Origin: a virus
Taxonomy: Duplodnaviria; Caudoviricetes
Virus record (IMG/VR): IMGVR_UViG_3300033073_000738
Coordinates: 57,015-121,014 of that record
Reading direction: 5' to 3' (one strand)
Length of the DNA: 64,000 nt
Position numbers and translations under genes: made by a program. Positions 49,631-58,584 of the stretch are shown here, one piece after another. The notes under the pieces are model-generated. The model saw only the letters and a program-made list of their open reading frames with translations. It was not told the origin of the DNA and did no database searches. How positions within the stretch are numbered: the stretch's first letter is position 1; every line of letters begins with the position of its first letter.

Positions 49631-50860
49631 TTAACGTTTGAATATATTTGTAGGACGAGCAATTTTTCTTGTCCTATTATCTTCATCATCTTGCTGTGCA
49701 GAGAAGTTCTTTCTAGACTGTTCTGTCTTCAATTGCCTTACAGTTTGCTCTACCGCTTCGTTTTTACCTTGTTTCTGAAGCTGAGCCCTGTAACTTGTAG
49801 GATCAGAAAGCAACCAAAGAGCTTCTGCAATCAACGGATAGTTTGGTTCATGATATTGGTATTTCTCCAAATAATACCCAAGCTGATTAGTTGTTCTACC
49901 ATTGTTTGTAGGGTAATTAAACTGAGTGAGTCCAGAATACAGCTGAGCTTGAATCTTTTTATCTAGTTTCAAACCGTTTAATTCAGCTGGGCGAAGAGCT
50001 TCAAAGACGTTTTGCATATAAGCTTGTGCAGCTTGTTGCTGTTGTCGTTTACGTTCTTCCTGTTCCAACAGCTGAGCTTGAACAATCTGTTCTTGCATGT
50101 GGTCAAGCTTAGGTTTAAACTGTTTAGCTTTTTTCTCAAGAGCGTTAATGTCTTTCCATTCATTAATCTGCTCTTCTATTTCATCACTGTTTTCACCCCT
50201 AGCACGGAGATACTGTCGAACAATAGCTTCCTGGTCGTTTTCATTAGTAGGGTCCATTTCTCTCACTTGTTCTACACTAGCCAGTGCTTGAAACAAGCCC
50301 TTGAGATCTTGACCACCATCTGCTACATACTTAGCAGCATATTGAAGCTCATCCGGTAAACTTGCAAAGAACTCTTGTGGTGTTTGTGCAGCCACCTCTT
50401 GACGCATATTGTCAATGTTAGCTTGCCACAACTCATCTATATCTTTCTCGGAAAGACTACCCAAATAGTCATCAAGTGACTGTTTTGACTCATCGTAGTC
50501 GTCAAATGCAAACATTTCATTTGACTCAATCCGCTTTTTAAAGAACTCTACCAGGCCACTTTTCTCAGTCTTGGGACGCCCTGGACTTTTCTTTTCTACA
50601 TCGTCTTTGAGGTCCTCATCAAGCTCCTCAAATAGATTTGTAGACTTATCGGTTCCACGTGAAACATCTTCATTTGTAGAATCCTCTTTAGATTCATCCA
50701 AAAAAGACATGTCAGCTTTTGGTGTGGAGAGAATGTTTGGTTTCTTATCATCTTGAGCAGCTGGGGTAACGATGCTTTCTGCACCAGGTACCCCAAGCCA
50801 ACTATCAATGTCGACATCAACTGTAGCGACATTTGTACTTACGTTGGTTGTAGTTTCCAT
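49631..50860 (-). CDS. Acidic scaffold-like protein (crAss gene 77-like)
   Basis: D/E-rich N-terminus and coiled-coil; located between portal and MCP. Confidence 0.7.
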   Translation of the reverse strand: METTTNVSTNVATVDVDIDSWLGVPGAESIVTPAAQDDKKPNILSTPKADMSFLDESKEDSTNEDVSRGTDKSTNLFEELDEDLKDDVEKKSPGRPKTEKSGLVEFFKKRIESNEMFAFDDYDESKQSLDDYLGSLSEKDIDELWQANIDNMRQEVAAQTPQEFFASLPDELQYAAKYVADGGQDLKGLFQALASVEQVREMDPTNENDQEAIVRQYLRARGENSDEIEEQINEWKDINALEKKAKQFKPKLDHMQEQIVQAQLLEQEERKRQQQQAAQAYMQNVFEALRPAELNGLKLDKKIQAQLYSGLTQFNYPTNNGRTTNQLGYYLEKYQYHEPNYPLIAEALWLLSDPTSYRAQLQKQGKNEAVEQTVRQLKTEQSRKNFSAQQDDEDNRTRKIARPTNIFKR

Positions 50861-50892
50861 AGTCGGGATTGTGTGGTTTTATTGTTTTCTTC

Positions 50893-50908
50893 TACAATTA
50901 GAATATAC
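50893..50908 (-). promoter_or_regulatory. Late promoter motif GTATATTCTAATTGTA
   Basis: Variant of the shared motif, upstream of gene 77/MCP. Confidence 0.6.
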
Positions 50909-51003
50909 AATTTTAAACCTCACGAATTTACTTTGGAGAACTACTAAAGACCCAAGCTGCGGATTATAGAGCTATTCCTAAAAAGTTTAGTTTGGAGTGA
51001 TGT

Positions 51004-53754
51004 CTACTTTTTACCAGAGTCTGATTTTTTGACATCATATTTGTTCTTATTCTCCCTTGCCACCTCAAGATTTTTCTGAGCTATCTCACGTTGAACCTGG
51101 AGTTTTTCCTTATCAAGATTTAGCTTTTGGTTATTAAAAGCATTCTTGTTAACCTCTTGCTCACGTTTGAGGTTCATCTGGTCCTGATAATTACGCTGTT
51201 GCTGTATCTTTTCAAGTGCATCCTGGTAGTCAGATTGCTTATTCTCATTGAGATCTACCATGGCTCCATAACCAGCTGACCTAATCTCAGCAACTGTGAT
51301 ATCTTTTTGAATCATCTTGTCGTCACGCTCTGCAGCAGCTTGAATATCCATCTGCTTCTGCTTCTCTTGAGACTGAATCATCTCCTGTTGCATTTGCTGT
51401 TGTTGCTGCAATTCAGCTTGCTTCTGAGCTTGTATACGTTCTTCTGCTCCTTTCAATACGCCGGTGAGCTCACCAATAGACTCAGCTTTGATAATATTAC
51501 CCAGGTCAAATATGGAAGCACCACTTGTATTGTTATTCAACGCAAGCTGGCGCAGCTGCTCCATTACCTGACGTTGATTAGTCTTCGTTGTACAGAAGAT
51601 ATTGAAGTCGCGCAGTAGGAGATCTGTACCGTTTATCTGGAAATTCACCTTCTCATCCATTGAGGTGATATATTGCAACCTCAACGAGGGCTTTTTACTA
51701 TGGTAGTATTGAGCAAGATCTGTACGCATCTGATGCACACGAGGCATCAGGTAGTCTGAGTGCTGTATAAAATACTGCTCAGTTTGAGCATAAGAAGCAT
51801 TCATAGCTTGCTCTACAGCAGTGGCTGTTTGTTGTTGCGCTATCTGAGCACCCATACGTTGTGGATTCAGACCTATCACCTCAAAAGCCTGGTTCTTGAA
51901 ATAAGTGGCCAGTTGTATCCTGCTCATCAAACGATTAGTCTGCTCCAGATTGAGTACTTGGTAGTGCTGAAAGTTCAGCGCGTTCTCTGTATTAGTAATA
52001 GAAGTGTCCAGAGGAAGCATCTGAAAGTTCTTCATGGCCACATAAGCTTTAGCTAGGTTGTTCTTTCCCCAGTCTTCTCCCATAGAGTGACGAGGTAGAG
52101 CATTCTGGTCAAGCATAATAACTGTGCCGAGTTCATCCACCAGGATATCAGCTATCTGATTGTTTACGATGTTAAAACCAATCTGATAGGGTTTCATGAG
52201 ATCAACTAATGAAACTGAACGGGTGTTTCTATCCCCGAACACAGAACCCTCTACAGGAAGTTTACAACCGTAGAGAGTATTGTCCCCTTTAAACTGAAAA
52301 GGAACACGTCCGGGCTTTCCCCCATTCAATCCCAAATAGATAGGGTTGATTCCACCAGGGTTATTCATACCCCAGAAAGCTGGTCTATTAGGACCTATTT
52401 TTATACCACCCCATACTTCGTTAATCCAGATCCAATCTATGTGCTCACCAAAAATCAGGTTGTCTTTGGTTTTCTCTTTGTAAACGTTTGTATTGTACAA
52501 AGGCTTACTAATGGGTTTGTACTCTTCAGAAACAATGTCTTGTGTGAGCTCACCATTAGCATTTATTGTAGTGAGATGACCAATCTTACGTTGGCTTTTC
52601 CAGTAGATAGTGCTCACCCTTAGGAACTGAGCTTTACCATAATCAATGGTGTCCTCAGAATCTGATAGGATCCATTCTACAATGTCACCGGTGCCAAACT
52701 TACTGTCGTACAAACTCATGTATTGTCTGTACTGAAGACTCGGCATCTGTGTATTCCACTCATGACTCTTAGTTGCGTCATAATAACTACCGTCATTCTG
52801 GTATCCCTGTATAGCATAGCCGGCGGAACGAACTGGATATACAGCTTCTAGAGATTCTAATTGTTCTTGGGTCATCATCCACCCATACTTGTCTATGACG
52901 TCTGACACACTCATCATGTCCATCTTACCCACCCAGTTACCTTGTGAGATGTAACGAGTGTCAGGAGATTTATGATAGAATGTCAACGCAGGGTTCCATA
53001 GTTCAATTTCGTAGTCGTTCTCCATCATGTTGAAATGCCAGAATTCACGATCTACTGTGAGCATATCTCTAAAGCCACGCTCTTCGAGCTCTTGCATTTT
53101 AAATCGCTCTTCATCAACCCTCATTTGATGTGTGGCCCACTCTTCTACCATTGACCTGTAGTCTTTCTTGAAAAACTGCTCTATCTCAGGTAGAGATTTC
53201 AATGCCTCGGGACTAAGAGCTTGCTGAGCTTCTTCAGAATCTGGAGCCAAACCTTGTTGCATCAGTTGCATCATCACCTTCTGCTGAGCTTGTTGCATCA
53301 ACGTCTGCTCAATCATCATTCTCTTTTCCTCAAGCATCTCGTTGTAAGAGATGTCATCTATTGCCCTGAATACAATCTTAGAAGAACGCTTGCTGAATTC
53401 ATTTGCCAAAACGTTTATAACGCTAGGTATAATAGGGTAAAACTTTAACTCAAGTGCGGAAACGTCCTCTTTTGTAAGAGTGTCTATAAGCTCAGCTGCT
53501 TCGTTATCTTCTTCAACAATGTAATCTGTCTTGTCAATAATACCCTTAGCCAACTTATAATTCTTCAAGATCCTACGAGCATTTCTACGAAGCTGCTTCA
53601 TACCTTGAAACTCTAGCCAATCAAGGTTATGTGCACGCCATTCGTCATCCTTTTCTTTTTCAGTTAGAAATTGAATAGGTTGGGTAAGAGTACCCATCTT
53701 TTTATACTCAGCCTTTTTACCGGCTTTGAGGTCAAGGGCATTATATAGTTGCAT
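51004..53754 (-). CDS. Portal protein
   Basis: 916 aa; YPIIPSVINVL..E, WIWINEVWGG.KIG, CKLPVEG, SLVDLMKPYQ motifs and a Q-rich C-terminal coiled-coil; follows TerL. Confidence 0.9.
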   Translation of the reverse strand: MQLYNALDLKAGKKAEYKKMGTLTQPIQFLTEKEKDDEWRAHNLDWLEFQGMKQLRRNARRILKNYKLAKGIIDKTDYIVEEDNEAAELIDTLTKEDVSALELKFYPIIPSVINVLANEFSKRSSKIVFRAIDDISYNEMLEEKRMMIEQTLMQQAQQKVMMQLMQQGLAPDSEEAQQALSPEALKSLPEIEQFFKKDYRSMVEEWATHQMRVDEERFKMQELEERGFRDMLTVDREFWHFNMMENDYEIELWNPALTFYHKSPDTRYISQGNWVGKMDMMSVSDVIDKYGWMMTQEQLESLEAVYPVRSAGYAIQGYQNDGSYYDATKSHEWNTQMPSLQYRQYMSLYDSKFGTGDIVEWILSDSEDTIDYGKAQFLRVSTIYWKSQRKIGHLTTINANGELTQDIVSEEYKPISKPLYNTNVYKEKTKDNLIFGEHIDWIWINEVWGGIKIGPNRPAFWGMNNPGGINPIYLGLNGGKPGRVPFQFKGDNTLYGCKLPVEGSVFGDRNTRSVSLVDLMKPYQIGFNIVNNQIADILVDELGTVIMLDQNALPRHSMGEDWGKNNLAKAYVAMKNFQMLPLDTSITNTENALNFQHYQVLNLEQTNRLMSRIQLATYFKNQAFEVIGLNPQRMGAQIAQQQTATAVEQAMNASYAQTEQYFIQHSDYLMPRVHQMRTDLAQYYHSKKPSLRLQYITSMDEKVNFQINGTDLLLRDFNIFCTTKTNQRQVMEQLRQLALNNNTSGASIFDLGNIIKAESIGELTGVLKGAEERIQAQKQAELQQQQQMQQEMIQSQEKQKQMDIQAAAERDDKMIQKDITVAEIRSAGYGAMVDLNENKQSDYQDALEKIQQQRNYQDQMNLKREQEVNKNAFNNQKLNLDKEKLQVQREIAQKNLEVARENKNKYDVKKSDSGKK

Positions 53755-53998
53755 CTTTACTTTCTTTTATAAGCTGTTCCAGTACTTGTCCGGCAAAGCT
53801 TGACGATGTATTAGTATAGGTTCCAAACGAATAAGGCTGAATCCATTGTGTAGTGGTTCCTGGTGTCGACATAGGTATTTTATCAGGTTGCTCTTCTTCT
53901 AAAAGCAACAAAGCTTCCTCAAGGGTGAGAGAGCTTTCTTTTATTAACCTACTTAAAATGGTAATTTTCTGCTTGTGCAGAGTAGATGGTACTTCCAT
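53741..53998 (-). CDS. Hypothetical protein
   Basis: 85 aa between TerL and portal; LTLEEALLLL motif. Confidence 0.55.
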   Translation of the reverse strand: MEVPSTLHKQKITILSRLIKESSLTLEEALLLLEEEQPDKIPMSTPGTTTQWIQPYSFGTYTNTSSSFAGQVLEQLIKESKDATI

Positions 53999-54001
53999 AG
54001 G

Positions 54002-56197
54002 TTAGCGTAGATTTTTAAAAGCGTTTCTAGGAGGCCCCTGTTTTGTTGTAGAAGACCTACCCATATGTCTGAAAGGGCCCCAATTTAATTTACTGATTTT
54101 TTGAGAGTTCTCCAAGTTTTGGTTTGTATGCTCTACACGTTTACTATAGCCTCTATTTGACTGTTGTATTTTAGCAAAAGCAATTAGAGAACAGAATGCA
54201 ACCAACCGGTCAACGTTTAACCCGTCGTAGTAAGCTTGCATCTCTTTTAAAAGCATTGGGTCTGGGATGCGTTCCACCCCATAAGTGGTCTTAACTATCG
54301 TGCCGTCAGACTTGGTTTCAACGTCGAGCTCCTCTTTGATGTACTCGACCCCGTAGGAGAGCAAATTTCCCTTGAAAATTGTACCTACGTTCTTCCACCC
54401 ATATTCTTGGAAAACGTTCCTATTGGCTCCCAGATCCTTTAAAAAGGCTATCATGTCCTTGGGTACCAGGTAACGTTGCTTTTTACGGGAAATCATATAC
54501 TGAATGAACAGGGCAACGTTGTTTTCCACCACTGTCCAGGCGTTGTACCATTCTATGATGATTTCAAGACGTTCGTGTGTCTTGTTGATGTCGTCAAACC
54601 TACCGCACCAACTGGCTACAATACCATCCCTTTCTATATGATTTTCTACTTTACCGTCTCCCCCATCTTTAATAACTTCTACAGGGTTTTTGTAGACATA
54701 TATAGAACATAGAGATTCTGATGTTGTAGTTTTACCCTCTCCTACAGGATCTACAGAAGCGTAATACATACCAAATTGAGGGTCTTTAACCGGACGCTCG
54801 TAAATACATATGACACTTTCTTTATCCTCGGTCTTCTTAGAAATAGGAAACTCCATGATTGGTGTCTTCCTACTGGGTTTATCTACTATCTTACCGTCTG
54901 CGTTTCTGGACAGCTCTAAGTATTCAACTGAATACATCTTATCTGATATCCTCTGTAGTTGTTTAGAAACAAGATGTGAAGGAAACTTAGATTCTCTTCT
55001 GGTGGCAAAAGCCTCCATTATGTTTCTGGGATGCTGAGAAATCTCAAGCTGATAAGCCTCCGGTGTAAGATTTCTTTTAGCTTTTTCAAACTGCTCATCC
55101 AAAGCTTCTAAAGCTTCTTTAACCAAAGAATTGCCGTATTGATCTATATACGGAGGCATACTCCATTGTTCTGGTATGAACAACCCTGTTGTACCCACTG
55201 CACCGTCGCTGTCTATAAGATTGGAATCAACACCATAAAATCCATTCTCTTCGGGGTGGTATATATATTCTTTTAGCGGACCGCACTGGTCCAAGTCACC
55301 CACTGAACCAGCTGCTATAAATTGACCAGTGATGATATGACCAGACTTCAGGGCCGGTTTTATGAACCCATATGTGTCATTCATTTTAGGGGCAATACCT
55401 GCTTCTTCATGAAAGAAATAACTAACAGGACCACCGACACCGTTTGTAGGGTCTTTTTCGAATGTATAACCGGCTATAGTAGATTTTAAGCCTTTGTAGG
55501 TGTCACGTCCGTTGATTCTCACCTTGATCTTCTGCTCCCAGGCAAATATCTTTTCAGGTTCAGAAGGACGATACCATGCTGTATGTTCGTTGAGAAAGTT
55601 CTTATATTCATTGAGAAACTTCCAGGATCCTTTTTCGTTTATGTAGTCTTTTGCAGAAGCTCCCATTTTAAGTACAGCACCTTCTTCAAACCAATAGGTG
55701 TTAATGAGCTTTGCCATGTGGAAATAAGAGGAAGCTATCTGACGTTTCTTAAGAATGATGGCATGTTTGTAGTTGAGCTCAGCTAGATGCTCATATAAAG
55801 CCATGTGATACTGGGCATCTCTCACCTTGGCAAAGTCAAACCGCTTTTCTTCCTTGTCGTATATGGGAAGAAAGTTGAGCCACATGTAATAATCCCTGGT
55901 GATGTACCAGGATTTGCCCTCATTATTAACGATAATACCGTTTCTGCACTTGTTCTTCTGGTCATCCCAGTAGGATATAAAGTCTTTTGTCTTAACCGGT
56001 GCCGCACAATAGAAGCCTTGTTTCTGAAACTTTCTACCTTCTGAATTGAATACAACACTACTGTTGTCAAACTCATATTGACCTGGCTCTTTAAATATAG
56101 ACAGCAAATAGTCCCGGAATTCCTCCCGGGACTTGAAAGCTGTCACGCTCCATGAGCCGTTTTCATAGGTAGAGATTTCTTTAAAATTATTGCTCAC
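54002..56197 (-). CDS. terL: Terminase large subunit
   Basis: LKKRQIASS (Walker A variant), FFHEEAG (Walker B), YYASVDPV (RNase H-like nuclease), VENN, NVDRLVAF. Confidence 0.92.
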   Translation of the reverse strand: MSNNFKEISTYENGSWSVTAFKSREEFRDYLLSIFKEPGQYEFDNSSVVFNSEGRKFQKQGFYCAAPVKTKDFISYWDDQKNKCRNGIIVNNEGKSWYITRDYYMWLNFLPIYDKEEKRFDFAKVRDAQYHMALYEHLAELNYKHAIILKKRQIASSYFHMAKLINTYWFEEGAVLKMGASAKDYINEKGSWKFLNEYKNFLNEHTAWYRPSEPEKIFAWEQKIKVRINGRDTYKGLKSTIAGYTFEKDPTNGVGGPVSYFFHEEAGIAPKMNDTYGFIKPALKSGHIITGQFIAAGSVGDLDQCGPLKEYIYHPEENGFYGVDSNLIDSDGAVGTTGLFIPEQWSMPPYIDQYGNSLVKEALEALDEQFEKAKRNLTPEAYQLEISQHPRNIMEAFATRRESKFPSHLVSKQLQRISDKMYSVEYLELSRNADGKIVDKPSRKTPIMEFPISKKTEDKESVICIYERPVKDPQFGMYYASVDPVGEGKTTTSESLCSIYVYKNPVEVIKDGGDGKVENHIERDGIVASWCGRFDDINKTHERLEIIIEWYNAWTVVENNVALFIQYMISRKKQRYLVPKDMIAFLKDLGANRNVFQEYGWKNVGTIFKGNLLSYGVEYIKEELDVETKSDGTIVKTTYGVERIPDPMLLKEMQAYYDGLNVDRLVAFCSLIAFAKIQQSNRGYSKRVEHTNQNLENSQKISKLNWGPFRHMGRSSTTKQGPPRNAFKNLR

Positions 56198-56456
56198 GTG
56201 TTAGTTGATCAATTAGGGACGGATTACCATTAGTACGTTGTATAATTTCTACCAGAGTGGAGAAAGACTTGCTTCTAAGAATGCTCTTGTCAGCAATGTT
56301 TCCCCAGTAACCTAGATAACTATCCCGCGGAATAGCATTCCAGAGTTTTGTGTGATGATTGTAATGAAAGACGAAGTTGTATAGGGCTCCATCTTTGTCT
56401 GTAACATCAGCATCCGGTGTGTTTTCCAGGTCAGTGTATATTTCGTTCTTACTCAT
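56187..56456 (-). CDS. Hypothetical protein
   Basis: 89 aa from MSKNEIY; LYNFVFHYNHHTKLWNAIPR motif. Confidence 0.6.
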   Translation of the reverse strand: MSKNEIYTDLENTPDADVTDKDGALYNFVFHYNHHTKLWNAIPRDSYLGYWGNIADKSILRSKSFSTLVEIIQRTNGNPSLIDQLTREQ

Positions 56457-56461
56457 AGATG

Positions 56462-56995
56462 TTATTTGTAGCAGTCGTAAGGTCCATTTACAATAAGACA
56501 ATTGTTTCTAAGGCTGTCCCAGATAGGTTGTACACTACCATTTTCCTTAATACACTTGTCATACAATTCTTTTTTCACCCATTTTTCATTGTTCCATTTA
56601 ATACCAGAAGCATCGCCAAAGTAGAAATATGCAGCACCAGATAGAGAGATGAAGAGAAGAACATTGTATAAAAGAATCCTTGTATCAAGAAACTCAGGGA
56701 ACCAGCTTGCATATGTGTACTTGCCAATAAGAAGAGCAACAAATGCAATAAATAGAATAATAGCTGCGCAGACCGTCAACACCCTGTCTTCACGTTCATT
56801 TGCCCAGGTGACAGACTGTCCCCATGTAGGAGCTATTTGATAATAGGTGAGTTTCTCTTGAACGGGGTCATGAGCTCCTGGTAGAAGCACCCAATCACCA
56901 GCTTCAGTTTTCTGATCATGAATAACATTGTCAGGTGCGGTTCCACAAGAAACCATAACACTGATAAAAACGATTGCAAGAATCCAATTTTTCAT
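56462..56995 (-). CDS. Lipoprotein-signal membrane protein with two TM helices
   Basis: MKNWILAIVFISVMVS-C lipobox-like signal and two further hydrophobic segments. Confidence 0.65.
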   Translation of the reverse strand: MKNWILAIVFISVMVSCGTAPDNVIHDQKTEAGDWVLLPGAHDPVQEKLTYYQIAPTWGQSVTWANEREDRVLTVCAAIILFIAFVALLIGKYTYASWFPEFLDTRILLYNVLLFISLSGAAYFYFGDASGIKWNNEKWVKKELYDKCIKENGSVQPIWDSLRNNCLIVNGPYDCYK

Positions 56996-57018
56996 ATTTG
57001 TAGGTTTAAGTTAATCTG

Positions 57019-57176
57019 CTGTAAGGGGAGGAATCGAACCTCCACGTGGTCTTTAGGAACAGCACAAAGTGGGTGGTCAACCCCTGCAGTCACTTGCTGC
57101 TATATGCTGTCTTTATCAGAGAAAAACCCACACCCCCGAGACAAGAGGGTACGTCTGCCAATTTCGTCACCTCACA
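57019..57176 (-). tRNA. Atypical tRNA-like RNA, anticodon GUC (Asp), 89-nt variable arm
   Basis: Acceptor UGUGAGG/CCUUACA; D-arm ACG-AAAUUGGCAGA-CGU; anticodon arm CCCUC-UUGUCUC-GGGGG; T-arm GGAGG-UUCGAUU-CCUCC. Confidence 0.75.
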
Positions 57177-57258
57177 AGTTGGACTGTTCAAGACATATGT
57201 GACATACACCATCTTCATTTAGCAATACATCATGTATGTTGCAAATGTCTTTTTCCAT
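57172..57258 (-). CDS. 28-aa CxxH/CxxC micro zinc-finger peptide (MEKDICNIHDVLLNEDGVCHICLEQSNL)
   Basis: Read manually. Starts 2 nt after the upstream stop; its TGA lies inside the tRNA-like acceptor stem. Confidence 0.55.
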   Translation of the reverse strand: MEKDICNIHDVLLNEDGVCHICLEQSNL

Positions 57259-57260
57259 AG

Positions 57261-57647
57261 TTAATAATTGAATGTCAACATCTTTACTGCATTCATCTGA
57301 GCGTTTAAGACCTCACCGATTGTATGCTCGAATAGTTTTATTCTCAAATAAGATGAACTACGACGCCCTTCATTGTAGTGCTCATTGAGTAAATCAGCCA
57401 ATTCCGCACATAGTTCTTTTGCTCTTTGTACTTTAGGGTCACCTGAGGGATTGAATGTTAGCCCTACTAGTTGCTGTCCAAAAGTCAATTCTGGTGTTTG
57501 ATCCATATTTGTTGGTTTTAATTTTTTATAAGGACAATGTTTACAATTGTTGTTACAGCATTTACCACGCTGAAGATGGTATTCTTCTGTAAAGACCACC
57601 ATATCTCCGTCCATGTAATAGTGTACATCCTTGATAAACTCTTTCAT
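57261..57647 (-). CDS. DUF5522-like Cys-rich domain fused to an Acb2/Tad1-like helical-hairpin domain
   Basis: VFTEEYHLQRGKCCNNNCKHCPY, then TFGQQLVGLTFNPSGD...AQMNAVKMLTF. Likely start 57647 (TAATG overlap); internal ATG at 57506. Confidence 0.6.
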   Translation of the reverse strand: MKEFIKDVHYYMDGDMVVFTEEYHLQRGKCCNNNCKHCPYKKLKPTNMDQTPELTFGQQLVGLTFNPSGDPKVQRAKELCAELADLLNEHYNEGRRSSSYLRIKLFEHTIGEVLNAQMNAVKMLTFNY

Positions 57648-57712
57648 TACCGGTTGTTCTTTATCCATTGATAAATGGAGTTGATAATGTTCTGCACAAG
57701 ATTGTCATGCAT
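57647..57712 (-). CDS. 21-aa micropeptide (MHDNLVQNIINSIYQWIKNNR)
   Basis: Starts 2 nt after the thermonuclease stop; its TAA overlaps the next ATG. Confidence 0.4.
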   Translation of the reverse strand: MHDNLVQNIINSIYQWIKNNR

Positions 57713-57714
57713 CT

Positions 57715-58068
57715 TTATAGAATGTACTCTATTGCATACCCGTTGTCTACCAGCCACTGATTTAAGTGAAGGCTGTAGTCTTCACCACAATAGATGTCAA
57801 CCAGGGGTCGACCATACTTGTCCAGTTCACGAGATACTATCTTGATTTTAGATCCCGCTGGTAAATGCTCTTCTGTTTTAGCCTTGGCTTCTTTAGCAAG
57901 CTCTCTCACCTGTTTGTCTTTTGCTTTCAGCTCTGGTGTGTTAATACCATAGAATCTGCACGTGGATTTCCAGAAAATAGTAAAGCCCAGGTCAATGTTG
58001 AGCTCTACGGTGTCACCGTCTACTGTACGTAGTACGGTGGCTTCATAGGTGTATAAATTGTGTGTCAT
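57715..58068 (-). CDS. Thermonuclease (SNase-like)
   Basis: RTVDGDTV, RFYGINTPE, DKYGRPL, LNQWLVDNGYA. Confidence 0.9.
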   Translation of the reverse strand: MTHNLYTYEATVLRTVDGDTVELNIDLGFTIFWKSTCRFYGINTPELKAKDKQVRELAKEAKAKTEEHLPAGSKIKIVSRELDKYGRPLVDIYCGEDYSLHLNQWLVDNGYAIEYIL

Positions 58069-58071
58069 AGG

Positions 58072-58584
58072 TTATTGGTCGTAAGCGAGACTCTGCCCTC
58101 CTCTCACTGTAGATTGTTGTTCTTCCTCAAGGTCTCTAAGAGTGCCCTTAAAACTCTGTCTGATTGCTTCAAACTTTGCCGCTGCATTAACAAGTGCTGT
58201 GATATTACCATCTCTACCATGCTCAATCTCTGTGGTCTCCATATACTTAGCCAAACGGTCAAGCATACTTTTGATACCTGCGTAGGCCCTATATGTGGGA
58301 GTTTCGTAGAGCTTCTTGCATAGTTTAATAGCCTCGGTAATAAGATCGTCATCAGTTGAAAAGTCTGCGTCAATCTCTTTAAGAACAAGCTCCTCTTTAT
58401 CTGTTTCAGGGACATCAAAAAACGGGTTCAAATCAGGGTTGGGACAAGTCATGTAGAACACGTAAGCATACACTTTGGTAGCTTCTTCTCCATAGTTGTC
58501 CATAATAGCTTTTAAACTACTCAAGGTGTAGCAGTGTTCTGAGGGCATCACCTTGCCGTTTAGTATATCAAATAGTCTTACCAT
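58072..58584 (-). CDS. Conserved crAss-like protein, candidate terminase small subunit
   Basis: 170 aa from MVRLFDI; helical; C-terminal VRGG motif; upstream of TerL. Confidence 0.45.
   Translation of the reverse strand: MVRLFDILNGKVMPSEHCYTLSSLKAIMDNYGEEATKVYAYVFYMTCPNPDLNPFFDVPETDKEELVLKEIDADFSTDDDLITEAIKLCKKLYETPTYRAYAGIKSMLDRLAKYMETTEIEHGRDGNITALVNAAAKFEAIRQSFKGTLRDLEEEQQSTVRGGQSLAYDQ

Noticed and set aside
54002-56197. Intein or group I intron in TerL, portal or MCP
   Set aside because: The ORFs are uninterrupted and of ordinary length, with no intein or homing-endonuclease motifs.
56996-57018. Theta (HDV-like) ribozyme after the tRNA-like gene
   Set aside because: Only about 23 AT-rich nt separate the RNA from the next start codon, leaving no room for the nested pseudoknot.
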